From an uncultured Bacteroidales bacterium (GTDB taxonomy: Bacteria; Bacteroidota; Bacteroidia; Bacteroidales; SZUA-534): a DNA stretch of 47,635 nt. The notes beneath the pieces are model-generated. The model was given only the letters and a program-made list of their open reading frames with translations. It made no database searches and was not told the origin of the DNA. How positions within the stretch are numbered: the first letter of the stretch is position 1; each line of letters begins with the position of its first letter. The translations under genes and the position numbers were made by a program. The DNA is taken from assembly GCA_964544385.1 (NCBI GenBank), contig CAZJCR010000004.1, forward strand, positions 363 through 47,997, given 5' to 3'. This document shows, one piece after another, positions 29,067 to 37,461 of the stretch.

Positions 29067-29124
29067 AATTGCATTTTTTTTTGAGGTTACAAATGTAATT
29101 ATTTTCATCATATTTACTTTAATT

Positions 29125-29161
29125 ATAATCCAAATTGAGCGAATTGCTCAATTTGGATTAT
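29125..29161. repeat. MITE-related perfect palindrome (copy F)
   Basis: ATAATCCAAATTGAGC-GAATT-GCTCAATTTGGATTAT forms a 16-bp perfect stem built from two inverted left termini. Lies between the rnr stop (29173) and the pheS start. Confidence 0.75.
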
Positions 29162-29172
29162 AATCAATATTT

Positions 29173-31377
29173 TTAACTATTATCATCAACAATGTTATCG
29201 CTTTTTTCAACCTTGGCAATCATCTCAAAATCGAGCTGTTTTTTTAGCATATTTGCCGACACTACTTTAACCACAACCTCGTCGCCCATTGTAAAGCGTT
29301 TTTTTGTCCGGTTGCCAATAAGCGCGTATTCTTTTTCGTCGTACTCGTAAAAGTCGTCGGTAAGTGTACGCACCGGCACCATACCCTCGCATTTGTTTTC
29401 AATAATTTCGACATAAACGCCCCAGGTAGTAACCCCCGAAACAACGCCATTAAACTGTTTTCCAACGTTATCTTTCATAAACTCAACCTGCTTGTATTTT
29501 ATCGATGCGCGCTCGGCATTAGCCGCAAGCTGTTCCATGTCGCTCGAGTGTTTACACAGCGGTTCAAAAACCTCGGTACTTTGCGATTTTCCGCCTTGCA
29601 GGTAATGCTCTAAAAGGCGGTGTACCATCATGTCGGGGTAACGGCGTATAGGCGATGTAAAATGTGTATAAAAGTCGAACGCCAAACCGTAATGGCCAAT
29701 GTTTTGAGTAGTGTACTCGGCCTTAGCCATTGTACGTATTGCAAGGGTTTCAACCACAGTTTGCTCGTTGTGTCCTTGCACTTGAGTTAGCAGGCTGTTT
29801 ATCGATTCGGCAATTTTTTTCGACGATTTTGTTTGTATCGAGTATCCAAAACGTTTAATAAAATTGGCAAAATTGCCGAGCTTTTCTTTATTTGGTTCGT
29901 CGTGTACACGATAAACAAATGTTTTTTCTTTTTTGTCGGGGCCGGGTTTGCCAATAAATGCAGCTACTTTGCGGTTTGCCAATAACATAAACTCTTCAAC
30001 AAGCTGGTTGCTCTCTTTATTCTCTTTAAGATAAACCCCTATAGGATAAGCATTTTCGTCGAGTTTAAATTTAACCTCGCTGCGTTCAAAAGCTATCGAA
30101 CCTTTAGCAAAACGTTTAGCCCTTAATTTTTGGGCAAGTTCATGTAATTTAAGTACTTCGGTGCAAAAGTCGCCTTTACCTGTTTCAATAATTTGCTGAG
30201 CCTCTTCGTAAGTAAAGCGGCGGTTGCTGTTAATTACAGTACGTCCAAACCACTGGTTAACAATGTTGGCATTGTTATCAATTTCAAATACTGCCGAAAA
30301 AGTTAATTTATCTTCGTTAGGCCTAAGTGAGCAAATAAAATTCGACAATCGTTCGGGTAACATTGGCACCACGCGGTCGACAAGGTACACCGATGTTGCC
30401 CGTTCGGCAGCTTCTTTTTCGAGAGTTGTGTTTGGGCGCACGTAATGTGTAACATCGGCAATATGAACGCCTATCTCGTAGTTATTATTTTCGAGCGCGC
30501 GGAACGATAAAGCATCGTCAAAATCTTTTGCATCAAAAGGGTCGATAGTAATTGTAGTTATGCTCCTAAAGTCGCGGCGGCTATCAATTTCGATGTCCGA
30601 AATTTTTTCGTCGAGTTTTTCGGCAGCCTCGAGCACTCGTGGCGGGAAAGCGTATGGCAGCCCAAATTCGGCTAAAATAGCATGCATTTCTACATTGTTT
30701 TCGCCAGGTTTGCCCAAAACATCAACAACCTCGCCAATAGGGCTTTTACGGTTTTGTGGCCATTCAATAATTTTAACAACTACTTTGTCGCCGTCTTTAG
30801 CGTTATTAGTTTTATCGAGCGGTATAAAAATATCGAAAGGCATTTGGTTACGCTCGGGTACCATAAATGCAAATTGTTTCGATATATCGATAATACCAAC
30901 AAACGATTCGCGGTTACGTTTTATAACCTCAACAACTTCGCCCTCAACATGAGCCCGATTGCGCTGGGCATAAACATAAACTTTAACAATATCGTCGTGT
31001 AGCGCGGTGTTAAGGTTTTTTTGCGCCACAAACACATCGCGGTCAATATCGTCGGAAACAATGTAGGCCGAGCCTTTAGCTGTTAAATCGACTTTACCGG
31101 TAATATACGCGCGCGTTTGTTTTATTTTAAATTTGCCTTTGTAAACCTCAACAATCTCGTTGTTAGCGGCCATTTGGTTTAGGCAAACATTAATAAGTTT
31201 TTTTGTTTCAATATCGTTAACATGCATAAGTTTTGCAACCTGCTTGTAATTAAGCGTGCTGTTTGGGTCTTGGTTAAATATGCTTATTATTTTATTTAAT
31301 ATAGCGGTTTTATTAAATGTGCCTTTTGGCCTTTTTTGTGGCACTTCGTTTTTTAGTTGTTTTCGTGGTTTCGACAT
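29173..31377 (-). CDS. rnr: Ribonuclease R
   Basis: RNB catalytic region (DFDDALS, GVHIADVTHYV, DRVVPMLPERLSN), cold-shock/OB N-terminus, C-terminal S1 domain (GVVSGVTTWGVYVEI). 734 aa. Confidence 0.92.
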   Translation of the reverse strand: MSKPRKQLKNEVPQKRPKGTFNKTAILNKIISIFNQDPNSTLNYKQVAKLMHVNDIETKKLINVCLNQMAANNEIVEVYKGKFKIKQTRAYITGKVDLTAKGSAYIVSDDIDRDVFVAQKNLNTALHDDIVKVYVYAQRNRAHVEGEVVEVIKRNRESFVGIIDISKQFAFMVPERNQMPFDIFIPLDKTNNAKDGDKVVVKIIEWPQNRKSPIGEVVDVLGKPGENNVEMHAILAEFGLPYAFPPRVLEAAEKLDEKISDIEIDSRRDFRSITTITIDPFDAKDFDDALSFRALENNNYEIGVHIADVTHYVRPNTTLEKEAAERATSVYLVDRVVPMLPERLSNFICSLRPNEDKLTFSAVFEIDNNANIVNQWFGRTVINSNRRFTYEEAQQIIETGKGDFCTEVLKLHELAQKLRAKRFAKGSIAFERSEVKFKLDENAYPIGVYLKENKESNQLVEEFMLLANRKVAAFIGKPGPDKKEKTFVYRVHDEPNKEKLGNFANFIKRFGYSIQTKSSKKIAESINSLLTQVQGHNEQTVVETLAIRTMAKAEYTTQNIGHYGLAFDFYTHFTSPIRRYPDMMVHRLLEHYLQGGKSQSTEVFEPLCKHSSDMEQLAANAERASIKYKQVEFMKDNVGKQFNGVVSGVTTWGVYVEIIENKCEGMVPVRTLTDDFYEYDEKEYALIGNRTKKRFTMGDEVVVKVVSANMLKKQLDFEMIAKVEKSDNIVDDNS

Positions 31378-31598
31378 AATTTTATTTTTTTATTACGATG
31401 CTAAAGGTAAGGTTTTTTTAAAGGTATAACTGGCACAATAGTTAAGTTATTATTACCTAAATTAAGCAAATATAGCACGCAAAATGCCCTGTAACTAAAT
31501 ATTTGGGCAATACTAAAAAATTATCGGCAAACCAATTGGCTATATTATAACCATTTAAAAAATTAGAGTTTAAATTAAGGCAAATATACTATATAATA

Positions 31599-31739
31599 CC
31601 CAAATTGAGTGTTTCCCTCTCACCATAAAATGTTTGTAGCCTTTAACTACAATACGTTTATGAAAGCCAATAAAATCTAAATTGGGGGGTAATACTAACT
31701 AAAGCATTTTTTCACTTTGTTCAAAACGCTAAATTAAGG
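31599..31739 (+). mobile_element. MITE-like repeat, copy G (full length, strongly diverged)
   Basis: CCCAAATTGAGTGTTTCCCTCTCA ... AAACGCTAAATTAAGG. Same length (141 bp) and collinear blocks with copy B. Flanks do not match (TAATA / TCGTA). Confidence 0.55.
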
Positions 31740-31750
31740 TCGTAGATATA

Positions 31751-31784
31751 TTAATGTGTAGCAGTATAAACTGCTACACATTAA
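31751..31784 (-). terminator. Hairpin / possible terminator downstream of the AT-rich islet
   Basis: TTAATGTGTAGCAG-TATAAA-CTGCTACACATTAA forms a 14-bp perfect stem, 17 nt after the stop at 31801. The U-tract is weak. Confidence 0.45.
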
Positions 31785-31800
31785 AATTAATATTGGATAA

Positions 31801-32169
31801 CTATTGTTTATTATTTTTAAGGTAATAAAACAAATAAATAATACTATTTACAGGTATACAAATGTTTAATACGCGTAACCCGTTAAAGGCAAACGGAATA
31901 TTATTATAATACATTATTATTGTTGGGCCAATTAATAAAGCAGCAAAAAAGTATATTGCTTTAACTAACGATTTATATCTCGCGTTTTTATCTTTTGTAT
32001 ATCTATATGCTAATTCGAATAATATAACAAAAACTATTGATATAAACAGATTATAAACAAAACTATATTCATTAAAAAATGAAAATATATCAATTATTGC
32101 ATAACATATAAATATTACAATAATAATTGTATCGAAAATGTTTTTTTTAAATGCATTCATAATATTCAA
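31801..32169 (-). CDS. Hypothetical 4-TM membrane protein
   Basis: 122 aa with four hydrophobic helices. Extremely AT-rich coding sequence. Last gene of a three-gene minus-strand islet. Confidence 0.5.
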   Translation of the reverse strand: MNIMNAFKKNIFDTIIIVIFICYAIIDIFSFFNEYSFVYNLFISIVFVILFELAYRYTKDKNARYKSLVKAIYFFAALLIGPTIIMYYNNIPFAFNGLRVLNICIPVNSIIYLFYYLKNNKQ

Positions 32170-32209
32170 TTATTTTAAAAAAATTATAATAAATTATTTA
32201 AGAATAATA

Positions 32210-32440
32210 TTAATAATCCATATCATCACATTCACTTACCATATGTGAACATGCAGCTCCCATTAAAACACTCATAAATCCGCCGCAACCTAAACCAATA
32301 GCAGCACCAAGGGCATCAGCCCAAATAACGCTTTGCTGTTTCGACATGTTTAACATTTCATTATTGTTCCAATAATCATTCGATTTTGTGTAAACATTAT
32401 TATATGCCACTACAATATTGTAGCCTGCCATATCAGTCAT
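32210..32440 (-). CDS. Hypothetical 76-aa protein with Gly/Ala/Cys-rich hydrophobic C-terminal half
   Basis: C-terminal WADALGAAIGLGCGGFMSVLMGAACSHMVSECDDMDY carries small-xxx-small helix-packing motifs. No signal peptide or double-glycine leader recognised. Confidence 0.4.
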   Translation of the reverse strand: MTDMAGYNIVVAYNNVYTKSNDYWNNNEMLNMSKQQSVIWADALGAAIGLGCGGFMSVLMGAACSHMVSECDDMDY

Positions 32441-32476
32441 ATTTTTATCAATATTAATTATGGAATAATTTTCGCA

Positions 32477-32869
32477 TTATTTTAGTAATGCAATTTTTAT
32501 TTCATTATCAACATTATTAAGGTTTTGTATGTGTTTAATAAGTAAACACTTCAAGTTATCAAAAAACTCTTTCTCCATTTTCAATTTCGCAAAGCTCTCA
32601 AAAAAGTCTTTAGTTTCATCTTCGTTCAAAGTTTGCTTAATATTCGATAATTCTGAATACACATCTGATTCGATTAATTCTTTTTCCATTCCACGATAAA
32701 CCTCTTCAAAAGTTTTTTCTTTGTTACTTTTTAGAATTTTTGTATCGTATTGGCTTAATAAATAATTATGAATATATCCAATATTATTAATGGTAATTAT
32801 TTCTTTATCAGCTGTGTCGTTTTTACTATTGCTTTTCGAGCAACTAACTAATAATACAATAATTAACAA
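32477..32869 (-). CDS. Hypothetical helical lipoprotein; 5' end possibly frameshifted
   Basis: The track ORF starts at a TTG giving MLIIVLLVSCSK, a lipobox with no charged n-region. An ATG at 32898-32900 encodes MKTIKNNW* in the neighbouring frame. Together the two would make a canonical lipoprotein signal. Confidence 0.45.
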   Translation of the reverse strand: MLIIVLLVSCSKSNSKNDTADKEIITINNIGYIHNYLLSQYDTKILKSNKEKTFEEVYRGMEKELIESDVYSELSNIKQTLNEDETKDFFESFAKLKMEKEFFDNLKCLLIKHIQNLNNVDNEIKIALLK

Positions 32870-33254
32870 TATACTACCAATTGTTTTTGATTGTTTTCAT
32901 AATAAATAAAATTAAAATTTTGGCCGCATTCAAAGTAGCATTGCCTTTCACTTGTTTTAAAATTATTTTAATTTACCACAATTATGTTGTGCTTAATTTT
33001 ATTGGCTGATAAACAAAAATAAAAAAAATATGTAAAATTATTCATACCCTGTCGTTTTTATAAATAGTTTATAAACCAAACAAAAATAGCCGTGTGCAGA
33101 AATTGTAAACCCGGAAATTACTTTTTATAATGGTGAACCCTAAGTAATGCTGTTGGTCAATTTGTACTAACTTATGTTACCGATAAATGGCAATAAAAAT
33201 TGCTTTTTAAAAATAAAATAACAAACTTACCACGCGTACAAATAAACAATTATT

Positions 33255-34310
33255 ATGCGTTGGCTGCTATTACCATTTTCGGTTTTATACGGTATAATTA
33301 CAGGTTTCAGGAATTTTTTATACAACAACAAATTTTTAAGCTCAAAATCGTTCGATATACCTGTAATATCGGTTGGTAATATTACCGTTGGGGGTACCGG
33401 TAAAACTCCTCACACCGAATTTTTAATAAGTTTTTTACAAAAAAATTATAAAATTGCTGTTTTAAGCCGCGGTTATAAACGGGCAACAAAGGGTTTTTAT
33501 TTAGTTAACAGCACATCAACAGTTAAACAAAGTGGCGATGAACCTTTACAGATTAAACAAAAATTTGAAAACATAACCGTTGCTGTTGACGAAAACCGGG
33601 TTCATGGTGTAAACCAATTGCTTAAATACGACAATGTGCCCGATATTGTTTTGCTCGACGATGCATACCAACACCGGCAAATTGCCCCTGGGCTTTCAAT
33701 TTTACTTATTGACTACAACCGTCCTTTAAAAAACGACTTATTATTGCCATCGGGTCGCTTACGCGAATATGCCCACAATACAAAACGGGCTAACATAATT
33801 ATTTTAACAAAGTGCCCCCCAAATTTAAAACCTATCGACATTAGGGTTTTAACTAAAGATATTAAACCGTATCCGTACCAAAACCTTTATTTTACATGTT
33901 TTAAGTATCAAAACCTTAAACCGGTTTTTGGTAACAATTGTGTTTTTGGCTCAGTTAACAAGCTAAAAGGAGTGGCAGTTGTGTTAGTTACCGGAATTGC
34001 AAACCCGGCACCGGTTTACAGTGAGCTGTTAAACGCCGGTGCGTATATTACCAAAGTTTATTACCCCGACCATTACATGTTCACAAATACCGATATCGAT
34101 AAAATAATTAAAACTTATAATAATATTGATAACCCGGCTAAAGTTATTGTTTGCACCGAAAAAGATGCAGTAAGGTTTAAAACATTTACCGACTTATCGC
34201 AAATAAAAAACCTGAATTTGTGTTATTTACCAATTGAGGTTAGCTTTTTAAACAATGGTGCCCCCGAATTTAAAAACCAGGTTGAAAGGTACATTAAACG
34301 CTATATATAA
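33255..34310 (+). CDS. lpxK: Tetraacyldisaccharide 4'-kinase
   Basis: P-loop VGNITVGGTGKTPH, then VLSRGYKR and LLDDAYQH. Confidence 0.9.
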   Translation: MRWLLLPFSVLYGIITGFRNFLYNNKFLSSKSFDIPVISVGNITVGGTGKTPHTEFLISFLQKNYKIAVLSRGYKRATKGFYLVNSTSTVKQSGDEPLQIKQKFENITVAVDENRVHGVNQLLKYDNVPDIVLLDDAYQHRQIAPGLSILLIDYNRPLKNDLLLPSGRLREYAHNTKRANIIILTKCPPNLKPIDIRVLTKDIKPYPYQNLYFTCFKYQNLKPVFGNNCVFGSVNKLKGVAVVLVTGIANPAPVYSELLNAGAYITKVYYPDHYMFTNTDIDKIIKTYNNIDNPAKVIVCTEKDAVRFKTFTDLSQIKNLNLCYLPIEVSFLNNGAPEFKNQVERYIKRYI

Positions 34311-34312
34311 AA

Positions 34313-35047
34313 CTACGGGGTTTGTACACTTACATTTTTACGCTTAACAATAAAACCTGTACTCGAAAATAAACGGCTTATAATTTTAGGCTCACCGGTG
34401 TAATAAACATTACTGGCACCAGTAACAAAAACCGATATTGTTTTTTGAGCATTAACCATAACATCGCTTAAGCCGCTGGCTTTAACTTTAACATTGAGTG
34501 CCTGTAGTTCGTACGAGTTAAACTCGGTTTCGTCGTGCATCTGAACATTAAGGTTGTCGCTATAGCCTTTTAGGTTAACAAAAGCACCATCGCAAACTTC
34601 AAAACTAAGTGCCGATGCATAAACCTCCATATTAACCGACGATATTCCGCTAATATGAATGTTAATGTCGGTTAAATGAATTAAGGCCTGAGTGGTAAGT
34701 GTAACCTGGTTTAGTAAGGTTATTGCCGATAGGTCTTTAAACGACACGTAAACATTAAGTTCTTTAATTTTGCGTACCTCCGATACCATATCAATATAAA
34801 GCACTTTGTCTTCAACTCGCGTTTGGAACAACTCGATAATATTTTCGTTGGTCTCAATTTTTACTCCCTCCTCTTGTCCTTGTAAAAGAATAAGGTTAAA
34901 ATAGCCCTGCGCAACTATACTGTTAAAACCTTTTAAATCGCGTATTACCGACTTAACTTCGGCACTAGCTTTTATAGGCTGTGCCTTGCTAATAAAACTA
35001 ATTGTTATAAAAATAAACAGCGGAACAAAAAGCAGAACTTTTTTCAT
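34313..35047 (-). CDS. DUF2807 / head-GIN-domain protein (putative beta-helical, secreted)
   Basis: Signal peptide, then a repetitive beta-solenoid-like pattern (FNLILLQGQEEGVKIE, NLKGYSDNLNVQMHDETEF, NVYYTGEP). Confidence 0.55.
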   Translation of the reverse strand: MKKVLLFVPLFIFITISFISKAQPIKASAEVKSVIRDLKGFNSIVAQGYFNLILLQGQEEGVKIETNENIIELFQTRVEDKVLYIDMVSEVRKIKELNVYVSFKDLSAITLLNQVTLTTQALIHLTDINIHISGISSVNMEVYASALSFEVCDGAFVNLKGYSDNLNVQMHDETEFNSYELQALNVKVKASGLSDVMVNAQKTISVFVTGASNVYYTGEPKIISRLFSSTGFIVKRKNVSVQTP

Positions 35048-35385
35048 TAGTTAAGTTTTTAAGTTATAAATAATGTACCCCGGTTAAGTATGTTTTCACT
35101 TTAAACTTATGGGCGTTCCCATTATTAAAATGTTTGGTTTAGTTTGACATTATTGAAACAAAACTGTTAAATTGTTTTTATTAACACCATGCAACAATAA
35201 TTTTGTTTTATGATTAGCTGCAATTTAAAAAACTTTTTTTTATCGATATGCATCAAAATTAAATATTAATTAAACTAAACCTAAGTTGATTGATATAACT
35301 GCACATAAGCCAAATTTTTATTGTGCTTTAACACAGTTTAGTAAAACATTTTGTAAAGTTACTTTATTTTTGCGGCCGCTTTTTA

Positions 35386-36435
35386 TTAGGTTTTATGCAA
35401 TATTTGTAAAAAACTATTGCCAAATTGTTGTGTTTTTGCACTGCACATATTTAATTGTGGGGCTTTTACCCCGTCAAAAAATTTTATTTCCGATGTAAAA
35501 ACGCGCACTTCGTTATAAAACCCGTTATTAATAAAACTATTTAATAGTTGCGCCCCGCCCTCGACAAAAAGCGACGAAAGCCCGCGGCTGTACAATACTT
35601 TAAAAAGCTCATCAAAAAAATTATCGAAATTTATTTTTATGTATTCAATATTGTTGTTTTGCTCGTTTTTAATTGAGTTAAGTACAATAGTTGGTTGCGA
35701 ACTGTCGAAAAGGTTTAGCCATGGTGGCAGCCGTAAATTTTTGTCGGTAACTACGCGTACAGGTTGTGGACCAACCCAGTTTCGCACGTTTAGTTTAGGA
35801 TTGTCGTACAAAGCTGTATTAGTGCCCACCATAATTGCTTTTACCTGTGTACGCCATTTATGTACCAGCGAACGGCATACACTGTCGGTTATCCAGTTAG
35901 GCTTGGCAGGTTGACTATGCAGGCGTATTTTATCAATAAAACCATCGGCAGTTTGCGCCCATTTTAAAATAATATAAGGCCTTTTTTGAGTGTTAAAAAC
36001 TGTAAACTCAGTAATAAGCTCGCGGCACTGTTGCTCTAACACACCAACGGTAACATTTATGCCGGCATCGCGCAAGCGTTTAATACCTTCACCGTTAACT
36101 TTTGCAAAAGTATCGATAGTGCCAATTACAACATTAGGTATTTTGTGGTAAATAATAAGGTCGGCGCATGGCGGGGTTTTACCGTAATGCGAACAAGGTT
36201 CGAGCGACACGTAAATTGTTGAGCTTGCAAGTAATTGTTTGTTATTTACGCTGTTTATTGCGTTAACCTCGGCGTGTGGCTGTCCAAAACATTTGTGATA
36301 ACCCTCGCCAATTATTTTGCCATTGTGTACAATTACAGCACCAACCATCGGGTTTGGAGCCACATGCCCTAAACCTTTTTTTGCAAGTTGCAGGCATCGG
36401 TGCATAAAATTTTGGTGGTTATTATATACTTGCAT
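35386..36435 (-). CDS. ribD: Bifunctional riboflavin biosynthesis deaminase/reductase
   Basis: CMP/dCMP deaminase zinc motifs HAEVNAI and PCSHYGKTPPC. C-terminal reductase domain (LKWAQTADGFI, FVEGGAQLLNSF). Confidence 0.92.
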   Translation of the reverse strand: MQVYNNHQNFMHRCLQLAKKGLGHVAPNPMVGAVIVHNGKIIGEGYHKCFGQPHAEVNAINSVNNKQLLASSTIYVSLEPCSHYGKTPPCADLIIYHKIPNVVIGTIDTFAKVNGEGIKRLRDAGINVTVGVLEQQCRELITEFTVFNTQKRPYIILKWAQTADGFIDKIRLHSQPAKPNWITDSVCRSLVHKWRTQVKAIMVGTNTALYDNPKLNVRNWVGPQPVRVVTDKNLRLPPWLNLFDSSQPTIVLNSIKNEQNNNIEYIKINFDNFFDELFKVLYSRGLSSLFVEGGAQLLNSFINNGFYNEVRVFTSEIKFFDGVKAPQLNMCSAKTQQFGNSFLQILHKT

Positions 36436-36460
36436 TGGTATGTTTTATATTTTTGGCACT

Positions 36461-37315
36461 ATGGATTTTACTATTAATAACATTAATGAACTTATAAACA
36501 AGCACTTGTTTTTAGTTTATAATGCCAACGAGCGTAAACAAATTTTATTTTTGTTATGTAACCATTTTGCGGGGCTCGCGGCATCAAAAGTACTTGCTTA
36601 CGCCGATGCAAAAATAAACAATTATGTTTATAATGATATTGAACAAGCTGTAAAACGTCTTGCCCAAAACGAGCCAATACAATATGTGTTAGGTTACGAA
36701 GAGTTTTATGGATTAAAATTTAAAACAAATAAAAGTGTTTTAATACCACGCCCCGAAACCGAGGAACTTGTAAAATGGATAATTGACGAAAACAAGCTTG
36801 TAAACCCTCGCATAATTGATATTGGTACTGGTAGTGGCTGTATTGCAGTAGCCCTGGCCAAAAATATTGCAGGGGCTAAAGTAAGTGGTATCGACATATC
36901 GGGGCAAGCTATTGAAACCGCAAAACAAAATGCCAAAACTAACAATGTTGATATTGACTTTTTTTTGCTCGATATTTTATTGGCAAACAATAATAGTTTT
37001 AGCACCAAATACAACATTATTGTTAGTAACCCGCCATACATTTTAAACAACGAAAAACAATTTATAAAAAGCAATGTACTTGATTACGAACCACACAGCG
37101 CGCTATTTGTGCCCAACACTGAACCGCTTTTGTTTTACAAAAAAATAGCAAAACTGGCTAAACACATGCTTGAACCTAACGGCAAAATATATTTTGAGAT
37201 AAACGAAAAATTTGGTTTACAAGTTGTTAATGATTTAAAGAGCAACGGGTTTATAAGCATTGAACTGCGCAACGATATTTTTGACAAGCCACGAATGGTA
37301 CGCGGTGGGTTGTAA
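36461..37315 (+). CDS. prmC: Peptide chain release factor N5-glutamine methyltransferase
   Basis: SAM motif IIDIGTGSGCIAVALA and catalytic IIVSNPPYI. The ATG at 36461 (MDFTINN) avoids the 119-nt overlap with ribD that the track start at 36317 would imply. Confidence 0.88.
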   Translation: MDFTINNINELINKHLFLVYNANERKQILFLLCNHFAGLAASKVLAYADAKINNYVYNDIEQAVKRLAQNEPIQYVLGYEEFYGLKFKTNKSVLIPRPETEELVKWIIDENKLVNPRIIDIGTGSGCIAVALAKNIAGAKVSGIDISGQAIETAKQNAKTNNVDIDFFLLDILLANNNSFSTKYNIIVSNPPYILNNEKQFIKSNVLDYEPHSALFVPNTEPLLFYKKIAKLAKHMLEPNGKIYFEINEKFGLQVVNDLKSNGFISIELRNDIFDKPRMVRGGL

Positions 37316-37455
37316 ATAAGTTGAGCGGTTGGAGCTATGCGAACAAACGCTTTACTTAGGTATAATCCCGATGTAGAGTTTGTTGTGTTTCACTAATGAA
37401 GTGTAGTGAAATACTTACAAAATCTAAATCGATTGAGCGATTAGCTCAATTTGGG
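37315..37455 (-). mobile_element. MITE-like repeat, copy H (full length, reverse orientation)
   Basis: About 94% identical by hand alignment to the reverse complement of copy J, and identical over the ~70 bp at the CTTAGG end apart from the last two bases. Flanked by a perfect 5-bp duplication, TTGTA at 37310-37314 and 37456-37460. The first base completes the prmC stop codon. Confidence 0.85.
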
Positions 37456-37461
37456 TTGTAG

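Noticed and set aside
29067-29111. Short upstream ORF (MMKIITFVTSKKNAI) as a Phe-rich leader peptide, or the hairpin as a pheS attenuator.
   Set aside because: The peptide has only one Phe codon and is in frame with pheS, so it is simply an alternative start. The hairpin has no alternative pairing or U-tract. pheST-type attenuation is an enterobacterial feature.
35278-35325. ACCTAAGTTGATTGATATAACTGCACATAAGCCAAATTT as a further repeat copy. Similar weak matches lie at 33139-33166 (CCTAAGTAATGCTGTTGGTCAATTTG) and 11982-12045 (CCCAAATTTTTTAC...).
   Set aside because: Only the first 8-11 nt match the termini and the rest is too diverged to call by eye. They are mentioned as possible relics but not annotated. 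An HMM search is needed.
35366-35385. TTTTTGCGGCCGCTTTTT just downstream of ribD as a terminator.
   Set aside because: GCGGCCGC is an 8-bp palindrome with no loop, and the flanks are T-runs on both sides rather than A/T complements. No stable hairpin can form.
36317-36460. 48-codon N-terminal extension of prmC in the supplied track.
   Set aside because: It would overlap the ribD coding start on the opposite strand by 119 nt, and its sequence (MPLCTITAPTIGFG...) is unlike PrmC N-termini. The ATG at 36461 gives a normal 284-aa protein.
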